This document shows positions 9,976 through 19,347 of a stretch of 64,000 bases of DNA, piece by piece. The translations under genes were made by a program, and so were the position numbers. The DNA is taken from positions 2,656,001-2,720,000 of the forward strand of contig OZ245742.1 in the NCBI GenBank assembly GCA_965227295.1, given 5' to 3'. This stretch comes from Leptonemataceae bacterium (GTDB taxonomy: Bacteria > Spirochaetota > Leptospiria > Leptospirales > Leptonemataceae). The number at the start of each line of letters is the position of its first letter. Within the stretch, counting starts at the first letter, position 1. The notes beneath the pieces are model-generated. The model had not been told where the DNA came from and made no database searches. It worked only from the letters and a program-made list of their open reading frames with translations.

Positions 9976-10010
9976 AACTTTCACGCAGTGCCGGCTACTT
10001 CGTTCGCAGC

Positions 10011-11687
10011 ATGTCCGTGAAGCTAATCTCCTCGATACTCCGGCGGTTCTTTCTTGCGATCGCCGTCATTCTGATCGCCCTGATCCTTACGCTACCCGCG
10101 TTGCTGAACGCAGTTCTCGAATTCCCGGAGAGCCGCGCCTGGATCGCCGGAGAAGTGCGTTCGACCCTGGGACGCGAGCTGCGCATCGACGGCGAGGTCC
10201 GGCTGAATCTGTACACGCTCACGCCCGGCTTTCGCCTCACCGACGTACGTCTGAGCAACGCACCCTGGGCCTCGCGGCCGGACATGCTTGAGCTCGACTA
10301 CTTCGACGTACATCTGAGCCTGGTTCCGCTCTTGATTTCCGGTGAGCTGGACTTCCGCAGCGTGGTCCTCGGCGGAGCGCACATCTACCTGGAGCAAAAG
10401 GACGGGCGCGCTAACTGGCACTTCGCGAAACTCAGTGCGGATGCAGAAAAAACCCCCGCGCGAAACTACGGAACACGGCCCCTGCGTTTGCTGGCGGATC
10501 ACATTGCCGTGCGAAACGCGAAGATCCGTTTCGCGACGGCGGAAACGACCTACGTTCTGGACCTGGACGCCCTGGATGCGGCGTTCGCGGAGGATGGGGA
10601 TCATATGCACGTCCGCGGTCGGCTGACAGCGCGGTACGGAAACTCGGACCTGCGCGGCAGCTTCGATGTGCGGGAGGAGCCGTTGTCAATCCGCGTGAAC
10701 GTGCAATCGAAGCTGTTGGACGTGGACGACTTACTGAAGCGGTCGGCGAAACATGCGGCGCCGCCGCAATCGGCAACGACACAACCGGCAACGACACAAC
10801 CGGCAACGACACAACCGGCAGCGACGCAAGCGGACCCCGCGATTCCGTATGAAGAGTTACTCCGGCTCGCCGCCGATGTGGAGTGGGCGTCGGATCAGAT
10901 TAAGTATCGCCAGCTAAAAATTAGTGACGCACAGCTAAAAACAAAACTCGCGGCCGGTCGCCTGGTTGCGGAGCAGGTGCGGCTGAAATTCGCCGACGGC
11001 AGCGTCGCGGCGAACCTGGCGGTGGATGCCGCGCAACAATCCCTCGAGCTAAAGCTAAGACTCGAAGAACTCTCGCTGAAATTGTTACTCCAGGCCGCGG
11101 GAGCTGAGGCTTTCCTGGACGGTCCGCTCAGCCTCGATGTGCGGCTCAAAGGCTCGGGGCCGCGCCTCGATGCGCTCCGCCGCAGCCTGGCAGGGCGCAT
11201 CGTACTGGAAGTCGGTGCCGCGGGCCTGGACCAGGCGGCGCTGTATCGAACAACCGGTCCCGCCGTGGCCGGGGAACTTCGTACCTGGGCGGCGCCTCTA
11301 CCGGATATCGAGTGCGTGGTTCTGGGTGCGGACATCCATGCCGGGCGCGGGCGTAGCGACGTCTTCCTGGTGGACACGAACGAGTTTACGCTCACCGGCA
11401 GCGGTTACGCGGATCTTCATCGACCGGCCGCCCCGGATTTCGTGCTAATGTTTGACGATAGACACTTAAGCCTCCTCGATCTGGCGGACCATCTGCCGAT
11501 TCACATCGGCGGCACGTTCCGCCGCCCCGCCGTCAGCGTGTGGCAACGCGACGACGCGGTAGCGTTGTTCCAAGACGTTCTGGAGTTTCCGGAGCTACCG
11601 GTCGACCTCGTGGCGGACATGCTCGGGCTGGACAAAACCCCGGCCAATGTCTGCGCCGCGGCCCGGGCGAAGGCGGCGAAACACTGA
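10011..11687 (+). CDS. AsmA family protein
   Basis: N-terminal TM, LGRELRIDG, LSNAPWA, LE.KDGRANW and C-terminal AsmA-like pattern. Confidence 0.85.
   Translation: MSVKLISSILRRFFLAIAVILIALILTLPALLNAVLEFPESRAWIAGEVRSTLGRELRIDGEVRLNLYTLTPGFRLTDVRLSNAPWASRPDMLELDYFDVHLSLVPLLISGELDFRSVVLGGAHIYLEQKDGRANWHFAKLSADAEKTPARNYGTRPLRLLADHIAVRNAKIRFATAETTYVLDLDALDAAFAEDGDHMHVRGRLTARYGNSDLRGSFDVREEPLSIRVNVQSKLLDVDDLLKRSAKHAAPPQSATTQPATTQPATTQPAATQADPAIPYEELLRLAADVEWASDQIKYRQLKISDAQLKTKLAAGRLVAEQVRLKFADGSVAANLAVDAAQQSLELKLRLEELSLKLLLQAAGAEAFLDGPLSLDVRLKGSGPRLDALRRSLAGRIVLEVGAAGLDQAALYRTTGPAVAGELRTWAAPLPDIECVVLGADIHAGRGRSDVFLVDTNEFTLTGSGYADLHRPAAPDFVLMFDDRHLSLLDLADHLPIHIGGTFRRPAVSVWQRDDAVALFQDVLEFPELPVDLVADMLGLDKTPANVCAAARAKAAKH
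10771..10830 (+). repeat. In-frame 15-bp tandem repeat (ATTQP linker)
   Basis: CGGCAACGACACAAC x3 perfect plus one degenerate copy. Confidence 0.95.
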
Positions 11688-11700
11688 CGCCGCCCGCATT

Positions 11701-12606
11701 TCACTCACGGGTGGTTTTTCCGGCCTCCCCCCGCAGTAGATAGATCCCGCTGATCACGATCAACGTACATCCCGTTAACGTGTACAAATCCGGAGTTACG
11801 CCCCAGATCCACCAATCGATCAGCACGGCCCAGAGAACCGCCGTATACTCGTACGGGCCGAGGGCCGGCGGCGGGGCGAAGCGCAACGATTGATTCATAA
11901 AAAACAAACCGGTGCCGCCGAGCAGGCCCAGTGTTACGAAAAGCCCGAGAGACGCGACCGAAGTGATCGGCTGCCACACGAACGGCAATGCGATCAAAGT
12001 CGCGAGGCCCGCGCCGGCGTTGATCCAGAACGTCAGCGCTTCGCCGCTTTCTTCGTCGGCATAGGCCCGGGCGAGAATCTGCGCGATGGCGTAACATACG
12101 GCGCCGATCAACACCAGCATCGCCGCCGGGTGAACGATGCCCGTGTCCGGCCGCAGGGCGACCAGTACGCCCAGGAAACCGATGACGATCGACGCGCCGC
12201 GATGCTTCGTGAGTTTGTCTTTCAGTAAGATGATCGAAAACGAAGTTAGAAAAATGGGGCCGGCAAAAAAGAGCGTGGTGGCGTTCCCCAGGCTCAACTC
12301 GCGGACGGCCAGGCCGAAACACAGCAGCGCAACGAGAGCGCAGGCCGCTCGCAACACGTGCACCCAGGGCCGCGCCGGCCGCAGTACCGCAACCATGCCG
12401 TCAGGGTGGCGCGCGGCCAGGAGCAACGCCGGAATCATACCGAAGCTGTAACGAAAAAAGAGGACCTGGAGAATGGGGTAGCGGAGCGCCTGATACTTTA
12501 GAATGCCGTCCATGCAACCCAGCACCGCCACGGCCGCGATCATGAAGGCTATGCCCAGGGGGATGTTGTCGTTTTTCAAAAGATATGACTCCGGAAACCG
12601 CGGCAC
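11701..12606 (-). CDS. DMT/EamA family transporter
   Basis: ~10 TM helices in two EamA-like halves. Confidence 0.9.
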   Translation of the reverse strand: MPRFPESYLLKNDNIPLGIAFMIAAVAVLGCMDGILKYQALRYPILQVLFFRYSFGMIPALLLAARHPDGMVAVLRPARPWVHVLRAACALVALLCFGLAVRELSLGNATTLFFAGPIFLTSFSIILLKDKLTKHRGASIVIGFLGVLVALRPDTGIVHPAAMLVLIGAVCYAIAQILARAYADEESGEALTFWINAGAGLATLIALPFVWQPITSVASLGLFVTLGLLGGTGLFFMNQSLRFAPPPALGPYEYTAVLWAVLIDWWIWGVTPDLYTLTGCTLIVISGIYLLRGEAGKTTRE

Positions 12607-12852
12607 CGTACTCCGGTTTGTGCCTCGATACCTCGATCCCCGGAGTGGAAAAAAAAGCCGAAGGCGACGCTTCGACCGGAAAAGGGGTTCACAAAATACA
12701 CGGCCGAATCTACATCAAAAAACACAAATTCCGTAAACTCCCTTCCGGAGATTCCGTCAGTAAACAGGTGCCCTTACGAAAATCGAGGCATCCTGCGTGG
12801 GACCCGGTCCTAACGCAACCCTAACATCGAAACCAAAACAAGGACGTTAGAG

Positions 12853-14703
12853 ATGGCACAATCCAATCTTAACACACGCCTGCGCCCCATGATTCTGCGG
12901 CCGCTTCTGCTCGCCGCCGTTTTCCTGGGTTTGTCCGGCGGATCGCTGTTGTTGTACTCACAATCACCGGCCCATCCTCTGGATGCGGTCTATCGCTCCG
13001 CGGCCGGCGGCGCCGTAAGCGCGGCCGATGAGAACATCGTGCTGCGCCGCATGTCGCTGCAAATCCGCGGGGTTATTCCTTCGCTGCGCGAGGTGCGCGA
13101 GTTCGAGGCCATGCCGCAAGAGACCCGGCTGCAAACTTTCGCCGTGCGCTTCTTAAGAGATGCGGACTACGCCCACTACTGGGCCACGGTCTTCGGCGAG
13201 GCCCTGCGCGAACAATCCAACTTCAATCGTACGAAGTACGGTTCGTACTTCGATTACCTGGCGAAGTCTCTGCACGAAAACAAACCCTACGACGTCATGA
13301 CCCGGGAACTGCTCACGGCCACGGGCACGCCGGACAAAAACCCCGCCGCGAACTTTTACATTCGCGACGACGGCGATCCGCTGCAGGTGGCCGAGTACGT
13401 CGGCCGCGTGTTTTACGGCGCCCGCCTCAACTGCGCGCGCTGCCACGATCATCCGTTTCGCAAGGATTTTACGCGTCGCGATTACTACGGCTTCGCCGCC
13501 TTTTTCAGCCAGGCCTGGGTCCGCAAGAATCAAAAGAACGATTGGTTGCCGAAAGAACGCATGGAGCACTTCCCGACCCAGGCGGGCAAAGAGTACCAAC
13601 AAAAACGCAACGATTGGTACCGCAACGTCTGGAATAAAATGAGCAAGGCCGAGCAGAAACGCTGGCGCGAGAAAAACAAACTCGAGTACGCCGAGGTCGC
13701 TTTCGAAGAAGGCCTGTCCTTGCGCTTTCCGCATACGGACTACGCTCCCGGCGGTGATCTGGTGAAGCCGCTCTTCCCGGACGGCACGCGTGCGTTCATC
13801 GAAGAAGGCGAGGACCGTCGTGCGGTCTTCGCGCGCTGGCTCACCGCGAAAGAAAACGATCGCTTCCGCAAAGTGCTGATCAACCGCGTGTGGACGCGCT
13901 TGATGGGCTGGTCGTTTTTTACGCCGCTGGACGACTGGCAACCGGATACGAAAATCAAACATCCGGAATTGCTGGAGCACCTGGATCAGGTCTTCCTGGA
14001 AAAGAAGTATCGCATTAAGGATCTCATTCTCTATATTGCGACGTCCGAGGCCTATGCCCGCAGCGCGCCGGGGGCGAATACGCCGGAAGCGGAACGCGAA
14101 AGCATCGCGTACTTTCAACCGCAGCGCATGGACGCCTCGCAGTTGTTCAACTCGCTGTTGCGCGGTACTCAGACGGCGAAGACCAATCAAATCTGGGAAC
14201 GCGCGAACGTCGACATCACCGTCAACGATCAGAAGAATCCGCAGAACGTCGACCTCACCGGCATGGGCGCGCTGCTTTCGCCGGAAAAAAAGAATCGCGA
14301 GTACTCCAACGCCTGCGAGATTCCACGCCCGGCTCACGATCGCACGATCCTGGCGGTCTTCGGCGAGGGCGAACGCAACGACGTGGACGATTCTTCGCAG
14401 GAAGCGACCATCGATCAGGTGCTGGCGTTGCTCAACGGTCGCATGACCGGCAGCCTGGTCCGCAAGTACGGCGACAAGGACACGTTCATTGCGCAGGAGT
14501 ACGCGGAACACCAGGACATGGCAAAGAGCATCGAGACGGTTTACCAGAGCCTGTTGAGTCGTAAAATGTCGAAGGGCGAGCGGGACGTCATCGTGCCCAT
14601 GACCGAATCGCGGTTCATGCCCGGTGAACAGTTCAATCGCGGCCTGTTGCAAGATGTCGTCTGGGCCATCGTGGTGAGCCAGGAGTTCATCCACGTCCAC
14701 TAA
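12853..14703 (+). CDS. DUF1549/DUF1553 (PSD1-type) protein with CxxCH motif
   Basis: LRRMSLQIRGVIPS, ENKPYD..RELL.A, LNCARCHDHPF, DYYGFAAFF, INRVW..LMG, HPELL..L. Confidence 0.9.
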   Translation: MAQSNLNTRLRPMILRPLLLAAVFLGLSGGSLLLYSQSPAHPLDAVYRSAAGGAVSAADENIVLRRMSLQIRGVIPSLREVREFEAMPQETRLQTFAVRFLRDADYAHYWATVFGEALREQSNFNRTKYGSYFDYLAKSLHENKPYDVMTRELLTATGTPDKNPAANFYIRDDGDPLQVAEYVGRVFYGARLNCARCHDHPFRKDFTRRDYYGFAAFFSQAWVRKNQKNDWLPKERMEHFPTQAGKEYQQKRNDWYRNVWNKMSKAEQKRWREKNKLEYAEVAFEEGLSLRFPHTDYAPGGDLVKPLFPDGTRAFIEEGEDRRAVFARWLTAKENDRFRKVLINRVWTRLMGWSFFTPLDDWQPDTKIKHPELLEHLDQVFLEKKYRIKDLILYIATSEAYARSAPGANTPEAERESIAYFQPQRMDASQLFNSLLRGTQTAKTNQIWERANVDITVNDQKNPQNVDLTGMGALLSPEKKNREYSNACEIPRPAHDRTILAVFGEGERNDVDDSSQEATIDQVLALLNGRMTGSLVRKYGDKDTFIAQEYAEHQDMAKSIETVYQSLLSRKMSKGERDVIVPMTESRFMPGEQFNRGLLQDVVWAIVVSQEFIHVH

Positions 14704-14738
14704 TCTGCAATTACCTGAAGCTTAAAGAGGAACATCCC

Positions 14739-16040
14739 ATGAACAATCACAACGAAATCAACCGCAAAGACTTTCTGAAGGCTTCCGGCCTGCTGTCCCT
14801 GGGAGCGGTCTTTTCCGGGGCGCTCACGCCCGAGAAACTTTTCGGCGCGCCGGAGCACGGCAAGCCCGAGGACATTCGCATCGATTCGCCGGTGAAGAGC
14901 GTGATCTTCATCAACCTGGCCGGCGGTGCGTCCCACGTGGACTCCTTCGATCCGAAGCCGGGCAACGGCCCGTTTAAGAACATCGCCACGAGCATGCGCG
15001 GCGTTCGTTTTTCGGATCGTCTGCCCAATCTTGCCAAACAGGCGAAACACGCGGCCCTGGTGCGCTCGGTGCACTCCGAGGAAGGCGATCACGGCCGCGC
15101 CCAGTACCTGCTGCACAGCGGTCACCGCATGATGGCGGGTTTTCGTTCACAGCCGTCGGTGGGTTCGGTCATCGCCTACGCTAAACAGAAACCTGGTAGC
15201 TATTTCCCGGGGCATGTTACGCTCGGCGGCAAGGGCAACCTGGCGGGCGAGAGCGGTTTTCTCGGCGTGCGCTTCGACAGCTTTCACATCGGCAACGTCG
15301 ATCGACCGCTGGCAAACATGACGCCGTACGACAAACGCCTCACGCAGGATCGGTACTATCGTCGCGAGCAGATCCTCGACGCCGTGAACGCGAGTTTCGC
15401 CGGCCGGGTATCGTCGCAGCAAACGGCGGTGTGGTCCGAGATGCACGAGTCGGCCCTGGAGTTCATGAACTCCGACGAACTCAAAGTCTTCGATCTCGCT
15501 CAAGAAAAAGAGAGCGTGCGCAAACGTTTCGGCGACAGTAAGATGGGCAAGTCGTTGCTGATGGCGAAGCGCCTGGCCGAAGCGGAGGTCCCGTTCATCG
15601 AAATCACCCACGGCGGCTGGGATACGCACAACAACAACCGCGATCGTCTCACCAAACTCCTGGGCGAGATCGACGGGCCCATCGCCGCGCTCATTGCCGA
15701 ACTGGAAGCCACCGGTCTCGCGAAACAAACGCTGTACGTGGTGGGCAGCGAGTTCGGCCGCACGCCGGTGATCGCCGGCAACGGTGACGGTCGTGATCAT
15801 CACCCGCGCGCCTGGTCCATGTTGATGGGCGGCGGCAATATTCCGAAGGGCGCGGTGATCGGCGAGACCGACGAGAAAGGACACACACCGAAAAAAGATC
15901 CGGCGCACCTTTCGGCGATGGTGGCGACGATGTACGCCGCGGCGGGCGTCGATCCCCAGGCGGCCATCTACACCGGTCAGGGGCGGCCCATGCAGCTCGT
16001 CACGAAGCATGTGCCGATTCCAGGCTTAGTTGATTACTGA
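14739..16040 (+). CDS. DUF1501 family protein with Tat-like signal
   Basis: NRKDFLK signal, IFINLAGGASHVDSFDPKP, GGWDTH, SEFGRTP, GRDHHP. Confidence 0.92.
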   Translation: MNNHNEINRKDFLKASGLLSLGAVFSGALTPEKLFGAPEHGKPEDIRIDSPVKSVIFINLAGGASHVDSFDPKPGNGPFKNIATSMRGVRFSDRLPNLAKQAKHAALVRSVHSEEGDHGRAQYLLHSGHRMMAGFRSQPSVGSVIAYAKQKPGSYFPGHVTLGGKGNLAGESGFLGVRFDSFHIGNVDRPLANMTPYDKRLTQDRYYRREQILDAVNASFAGRVSSQQTAVWSEMHESALEFMNSDELKVFDLAQEKESVRKRFGDSKMGKSLLMAKRLAEAEVPFIEITHGGWDTHNNNRDRLTKLLGEIDGPIAALIAELEATGLAKQTLYVVGSEFGRTPVIAGNGDGRDHHPRAWSMLMGGGNIPKGAVIGETDEKGHTPKKDPAHLSAMVATMYAAAGVDPQAAIYTGQGRPMQLVTKHVPIPGLVDY

Positions 16041-16050
16041 ATAACTCTCG

Positions 16051-16154
16051 GCCACAGAGGCACAGAGAACACAGAGGAAGAAGTTATGGGGTTTGATCTG
16101 AGTGTGATTCGTCTAAACATATTCTTAACTCTGTGTGCTCTGTGCCTCTGTGGC
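16051..16154. repeat. Inverted-repeat element (CACAGAG variant of family A)
   Basis: GCCACAGAGGCACAGAGAACACAGAG (16051-16076) and its reverse complement with 1 mismatch (16129-16154). Confidence 0.9.
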
Positions 16155-16340
16155 AATGGGATGTTCATCGCGTGCACGAATACCGAACGGCAATCTCCGC
16201 CGCCGGAGCCGGAACCGGCTAAACGTTCGTTCCAGGAATGTTACGACGAATGCGTAAAGATCAACATGCCGCGGGCTGTGGCCTGGGAATTGATCGAAGG
16301 CGACTGCGAACGCGCGTGCCGGCAGGAAGTCGGGGAGTGA
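16086..16340 (+). CDS. Small putative lipoprotein with twin CxxxC motifs
   Basis: FIA-C lipobox-like site, Pro-rich linker, CYDEC...CERAC; start codon uncertain. Confidence 0.55.
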   Translation: MGFDLSVIRLNIFLTLCALCLCGNGMFIACTNTERQSPPPEPEPAKRSFQECYDECVKINMPRAVAWELIEGDCERACRQEVGE

Positions 16341-16988
16341 CCGGACGTCGGTTCGCAACTCAACTATCGTTGCGTATCCTCCGACGAAGACGCCGGGGAC
16401 TTATGCTTTCCGCGACGCCACTTACTCCACGATTCGGGGCGTCTTTAAACCACCCGAACGTTGTCGGTAGTTCAAGAGCTGTGGTTCGCGGCGTTTATCG
16501 TGAGACACACAAGGTAAGTCGCGCAATGGATAAGGGATTGATTTGGCTACGGCTGAGCGGGAGTTGTGGAATTTCGTTTTGCTAACATCGTCCGCATCGA
16601 CCCGGACGTCGGTTTGCAACTCAGCTACCGTAGTGTTTCTTACGGCGAAGACGCCGTTCCGGTGCGCCTTACCACATTCCCCGGCATGACCTCCGCTCGT
16701 GAGCTGGAACCAGCCTTGACCATAAGAGTGTGAATCCTAACTGGCCGCAACTTACATCACGATCCGGGGCGTACTCGAACGAATAAAACTTTCCGGTAGT
16801 TCAAGAGCTTTGATTCGCGGCGTTTGCCGTGAACCACAGGAAGTACGTCGCAGAAGTGGAAGGGGATTTTTTGGCTACAGCTTTGCGGGAGTTGTGGTGT
16901 GTCGTTTTACTAAGAATGCGGCGTTCGACCCGGACGCTGTTTGTGCGCTCAGTCCCCGGCATGACCTGCATCCGTCAACTGGAACCAG
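16341..16988. repeat. Non-coding degenerate modular tandem repeat (~330 bp period)
   Basis: 16341-16395 vs 16602-16656 (46/55 identical); 16421-16608 vs 16751-16936 (~73% by hand alignment); 16678-16713 vs 16953-16988 (30/36). Confidence 0.9.
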
Positions 16989-17039
16989 TTGTTTCCAAAA
17001 AAGATTAATTTACATTGGACGCGACTTAACGTGGTGTAC

Positions 17040-18398
17040 TCAGCCCCGCACTTCCAGACGCATCGGCATTCCGTTCAGTAAGTTCAACGTAGAACCCGTG
17101 GCGAACTGCGGCTCGTGATCCGCGCGGTGCGTGAGCCGAAAATTCTTGAGGATGGCACCGAGGATCATGGGTCCTTCGAGCATGGCCAGGTTCTTGCCGA
17201 TGCATACGCGCGGGCCGCCGATGAACGGCACGTACGCGAAACGATGGCGTCGTTGAGCGTTCTCGGGAATAAAACGATCCGGATCGAACCGTAGCGGATC
17301 TTCCCAGTACTCCGGGCTGCGCTGCACGCCCCAGATGGAAACCAGAATCACCGATCCCTCGGGCAGCACGAAGTCTTGCCACGGCGTGTCCCGGAGCGGA
17401 GTGCGATTGACCATGTAGGCCGGTGGATACAAACGCATGGCCTCCGAAAACGCGCGGGTTACCGCATCGAGGCTTCGCGTTTCTTCCGTGTTGGGAATCG
17501 ATCCGGCGATGCGCCGGTCCGCCTCGGCTTCGACCTGTTCGCGAATGGTCGGATTTTCGGAGAGCAGGCGCAACGTCATCGTCATGGCGATGGACGTGGT
17601 ATCGTAGCCCGCGAAGAAGATGGTCATGAGTTCATCGCGAATGTTTTCGTTGCTCATGGTGGCGCCGGTTTCTTCGTCCCTGGCGTCGATCATCATCGAA
17701 AGCAGATCCGTTTTCGTCGAAGTGCCTTCGTTGCGTCGCGCGTTGATGAGATCGTTCAACAAGGACTTGAGTTCCTGCATGGCCCGGCGTACGTTGGGCT
17801 TCAACAGGTAAGCCACCGGCAGCGGTAGCGGCATCGGAGAAAAGAACCGGCGAATGCAGAACTCGGACAAGATGTTGAAGTTCTGGAAGAGGGTGTCGGC
17901 GTGTTCCATGCCGTCGCCGGAAAACAGGCTGCGCAGAATCACGCGCAACGTGGTGCGTTTCATTTCGGCGTTGATGTCCAGTTCTTCGCCGCTGCGATCT
18001 TTCCAGCCCATCACCACTTCTTTCACCGCGGCGTGAATGTGATGCTCGAAGCTCTTCACCGCCGATTGCGAAAAGTAAGGATTCATGAGTTTGCGTTGTC
18101 GCCGCCAGTGCGCTCCGTTGCTGAGAACGAGGCCTTTGCCGAGCAACGGCGTAAAGCGATCGTTCTGCGCGCCCTTGGTGAATGTCCGCTCCGACTCCAC
18201 GAGCAGGAACTGAATGAGATCCGCGTCGGTGGCGAGATAGATGTTCAGGCCCGGAACCGGAACGCGCACCAGGCCGCCGTACTCCGCGCTGAGGCGATCG
18301 GCCAGGCCGAGGATGTCGCGCTGCATCTCCGGCGCGTAACCGAGGGGAAAACGATTGGGGGGCGCGGGAATTTTGAGGGGAGCGGTGATCGTGGACAC
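17040..18398 (-). CDS. Cytochrome P450
   Basis: I-helix FAGYDTT, EAMR (ExxR), FDPDRF, heme motif FIGGPRVCIG. Confidence 0.96.
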   Translation of the reverse strand: MSTITAPLKIPAPPNRFPLGYAPEMQRDILGLADRLSAEYGGLVRVPVPGLNIYLATDADLIQFLLVESERTFTKGAQNDRFTPLLGKGLVLSNGAHWRRQRKLMNPYFSQSAVKSFEHHIHAAVKEVVMGWKDRSGEELDINAEMKRTTLRVILRSLFSGDGMEHADTLFQNFNILSEFCIRRFFSPMPLPLPVAYLLKPNVRRAMQELKSLLNDLINARRNEGTSTKTDLLSMMIDARDEETGATMSNENIRDELMTIFFAGYDTTSIAMTMTLRLLSENPTIREQVEAEADRRIAGSIPNTEETRSLDAVTRAFSEAMRLYPPAYMVNRTPLRDTPWQDFVLPEGSVILVSIWGVQRSPEYWEDPLRFDPDRFIPENAQRRHRFAYVPFIGGPRVCIGKNLAMLEGPMILGAILKNFRLTHRADHEPQFATGSTLNLLNGMPMRLEVRG

Positions 18399-18581
18399 TC
18401 ACCTATGCTTTGATTTCAGGGAAATGGGGCAAGTAAATAATTACGAAACCGCCTAAACGATCATTTAAAATTACTTAGCCGTAACCGTGGGATTTCAGCC
18501 CGGCCGCGGACACCCCGGAAATGAAGCCGGGGCCTCCGAAAAAGTCTCGCATCCCGGCGGACTCTTTCGTATAAGTATCTC

Positions 18582-19250
18582 ATGAACCATCGATTGCTCT
18601 TTATTCTTCTGGCGCTTTCCCTGGCGCTGCCCGTGGCAAACTGCCGGACGCCGAAGGTCGGCTGTACCGCCGGCAACTGTAAGACCGGCGTGGGCAGCTA
18701 TCGTTATCCGAACGGCGACGTGTACCAGGGCGGCTGGAAAGACGGCATGCCCAACGGCCGCGGCACGTACAAATATGCGGACGGTGGAAGTTACGAGGGC
18801 CTCTTTAAGAACGGCGAACGTCACGGTCGGGGCGAACTTTTTTTCCCGAACGGCGACGCCTACAGCGGCGAATTCTCCGACGGTAAGATGCACGGCAAGG
18901 GCGAGTACCGCTTCGCCGACGGCAAGGTCTATACCGGAACCATCATCGAAGGTAAGCTGAACGGCCTCGGCAAAATCGAGTACGCAAACGGAGACGTTTA
19001 CACCGGACCGGTGGAAGAGGGCAAGGCCCACGGCCAGGGCGAGCTGAAGTTATCCGGCGGGGCCGTGTATAAGGGCGACTTCGTGAACGGCGTGCGCGAG
19101 GGCAGCGGCGTCATGACCTGGCCGGACGGTGAGAAGTACACCGGCGAGTTCAAGAACAACATGCGCAACGGCCAGGGCACCTACATCAAAGCCGACGGCA
19201 CCGTCGAGAAGGGCCTCTGGGTGAACGACATCTACGTCACGACGGAGTAA
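18582..19250 (+). CDS. MORN-repeat lipoprotein
   Basis: Lipobox VAN-C; repeated Y.G.F..G.R.G.G.Y.(F/Y).DG units. Confidence 0.93.
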   Translation: MNHRLLFILLALSLALPVANCRTPKVGCTAGNCKTGVGSYRYPNGDVYQGGWKDGMPNGRGTYKYADGGSYEGLFKNGERHGRGELFFPNGDAYSGEFSDGKMHGKGEYRFADGKVYTGTIIEGKLNGLGKIEYANGDVYTGPVEEGKAHGQGELKLSGGAVYKGDFVNGVREGSGVMTWPDGEKYTGEFKNNMRNGQGTYIKADGTVEKGLWVNDIYVTTE

Positions 19251-19263
19251 AAACGGTAAGGTC

Positions 19264-19332
19264 ACTCCGAGGACCGAGAGACCGAGACGAAATGACTCTC
19301 CCAAACTTCCTCGGTCCCTCGGCCCTCGGAGT
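19264..19332. repeat. Family A inverted-repeat element
   Basis: ACTCCGAGGACCGAGAGACCGAG ... CTCGGTCCCTCGGCCCTCGGAGT (23-bp arms, 2 mismatches). Confidence 0.9.
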
Positions 19333-19347
19333 CAGATATCTCTTCCC

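Noticed and set aside
13153..14700. Long antisense ORFs (also 28211-29641, 59597-60778, 5699-6673 and others)
   Set aside because: Shadow ORFs opposite well-supported genes in GC-rich DNA, with no recognisable motifs
16678..16988. Two 36-bp direct repeats as a possible CRISPR array
   Set aside because: Only two copies with 6 mismatches, ~240 bp apart, the intervening DNA is itself repeated, and there are no cas genes
16341..16988. DGR template/variable repeat pair
   Set aside because: Differences are not restricted to adenines on either strand, neither copy lies in a convincing gene, and no reverse transcriptase is in the window
18690..19230. Periodic DNA pattern suggesting a repeat array
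   Set aside because: Explained by protein-level MORN repeats
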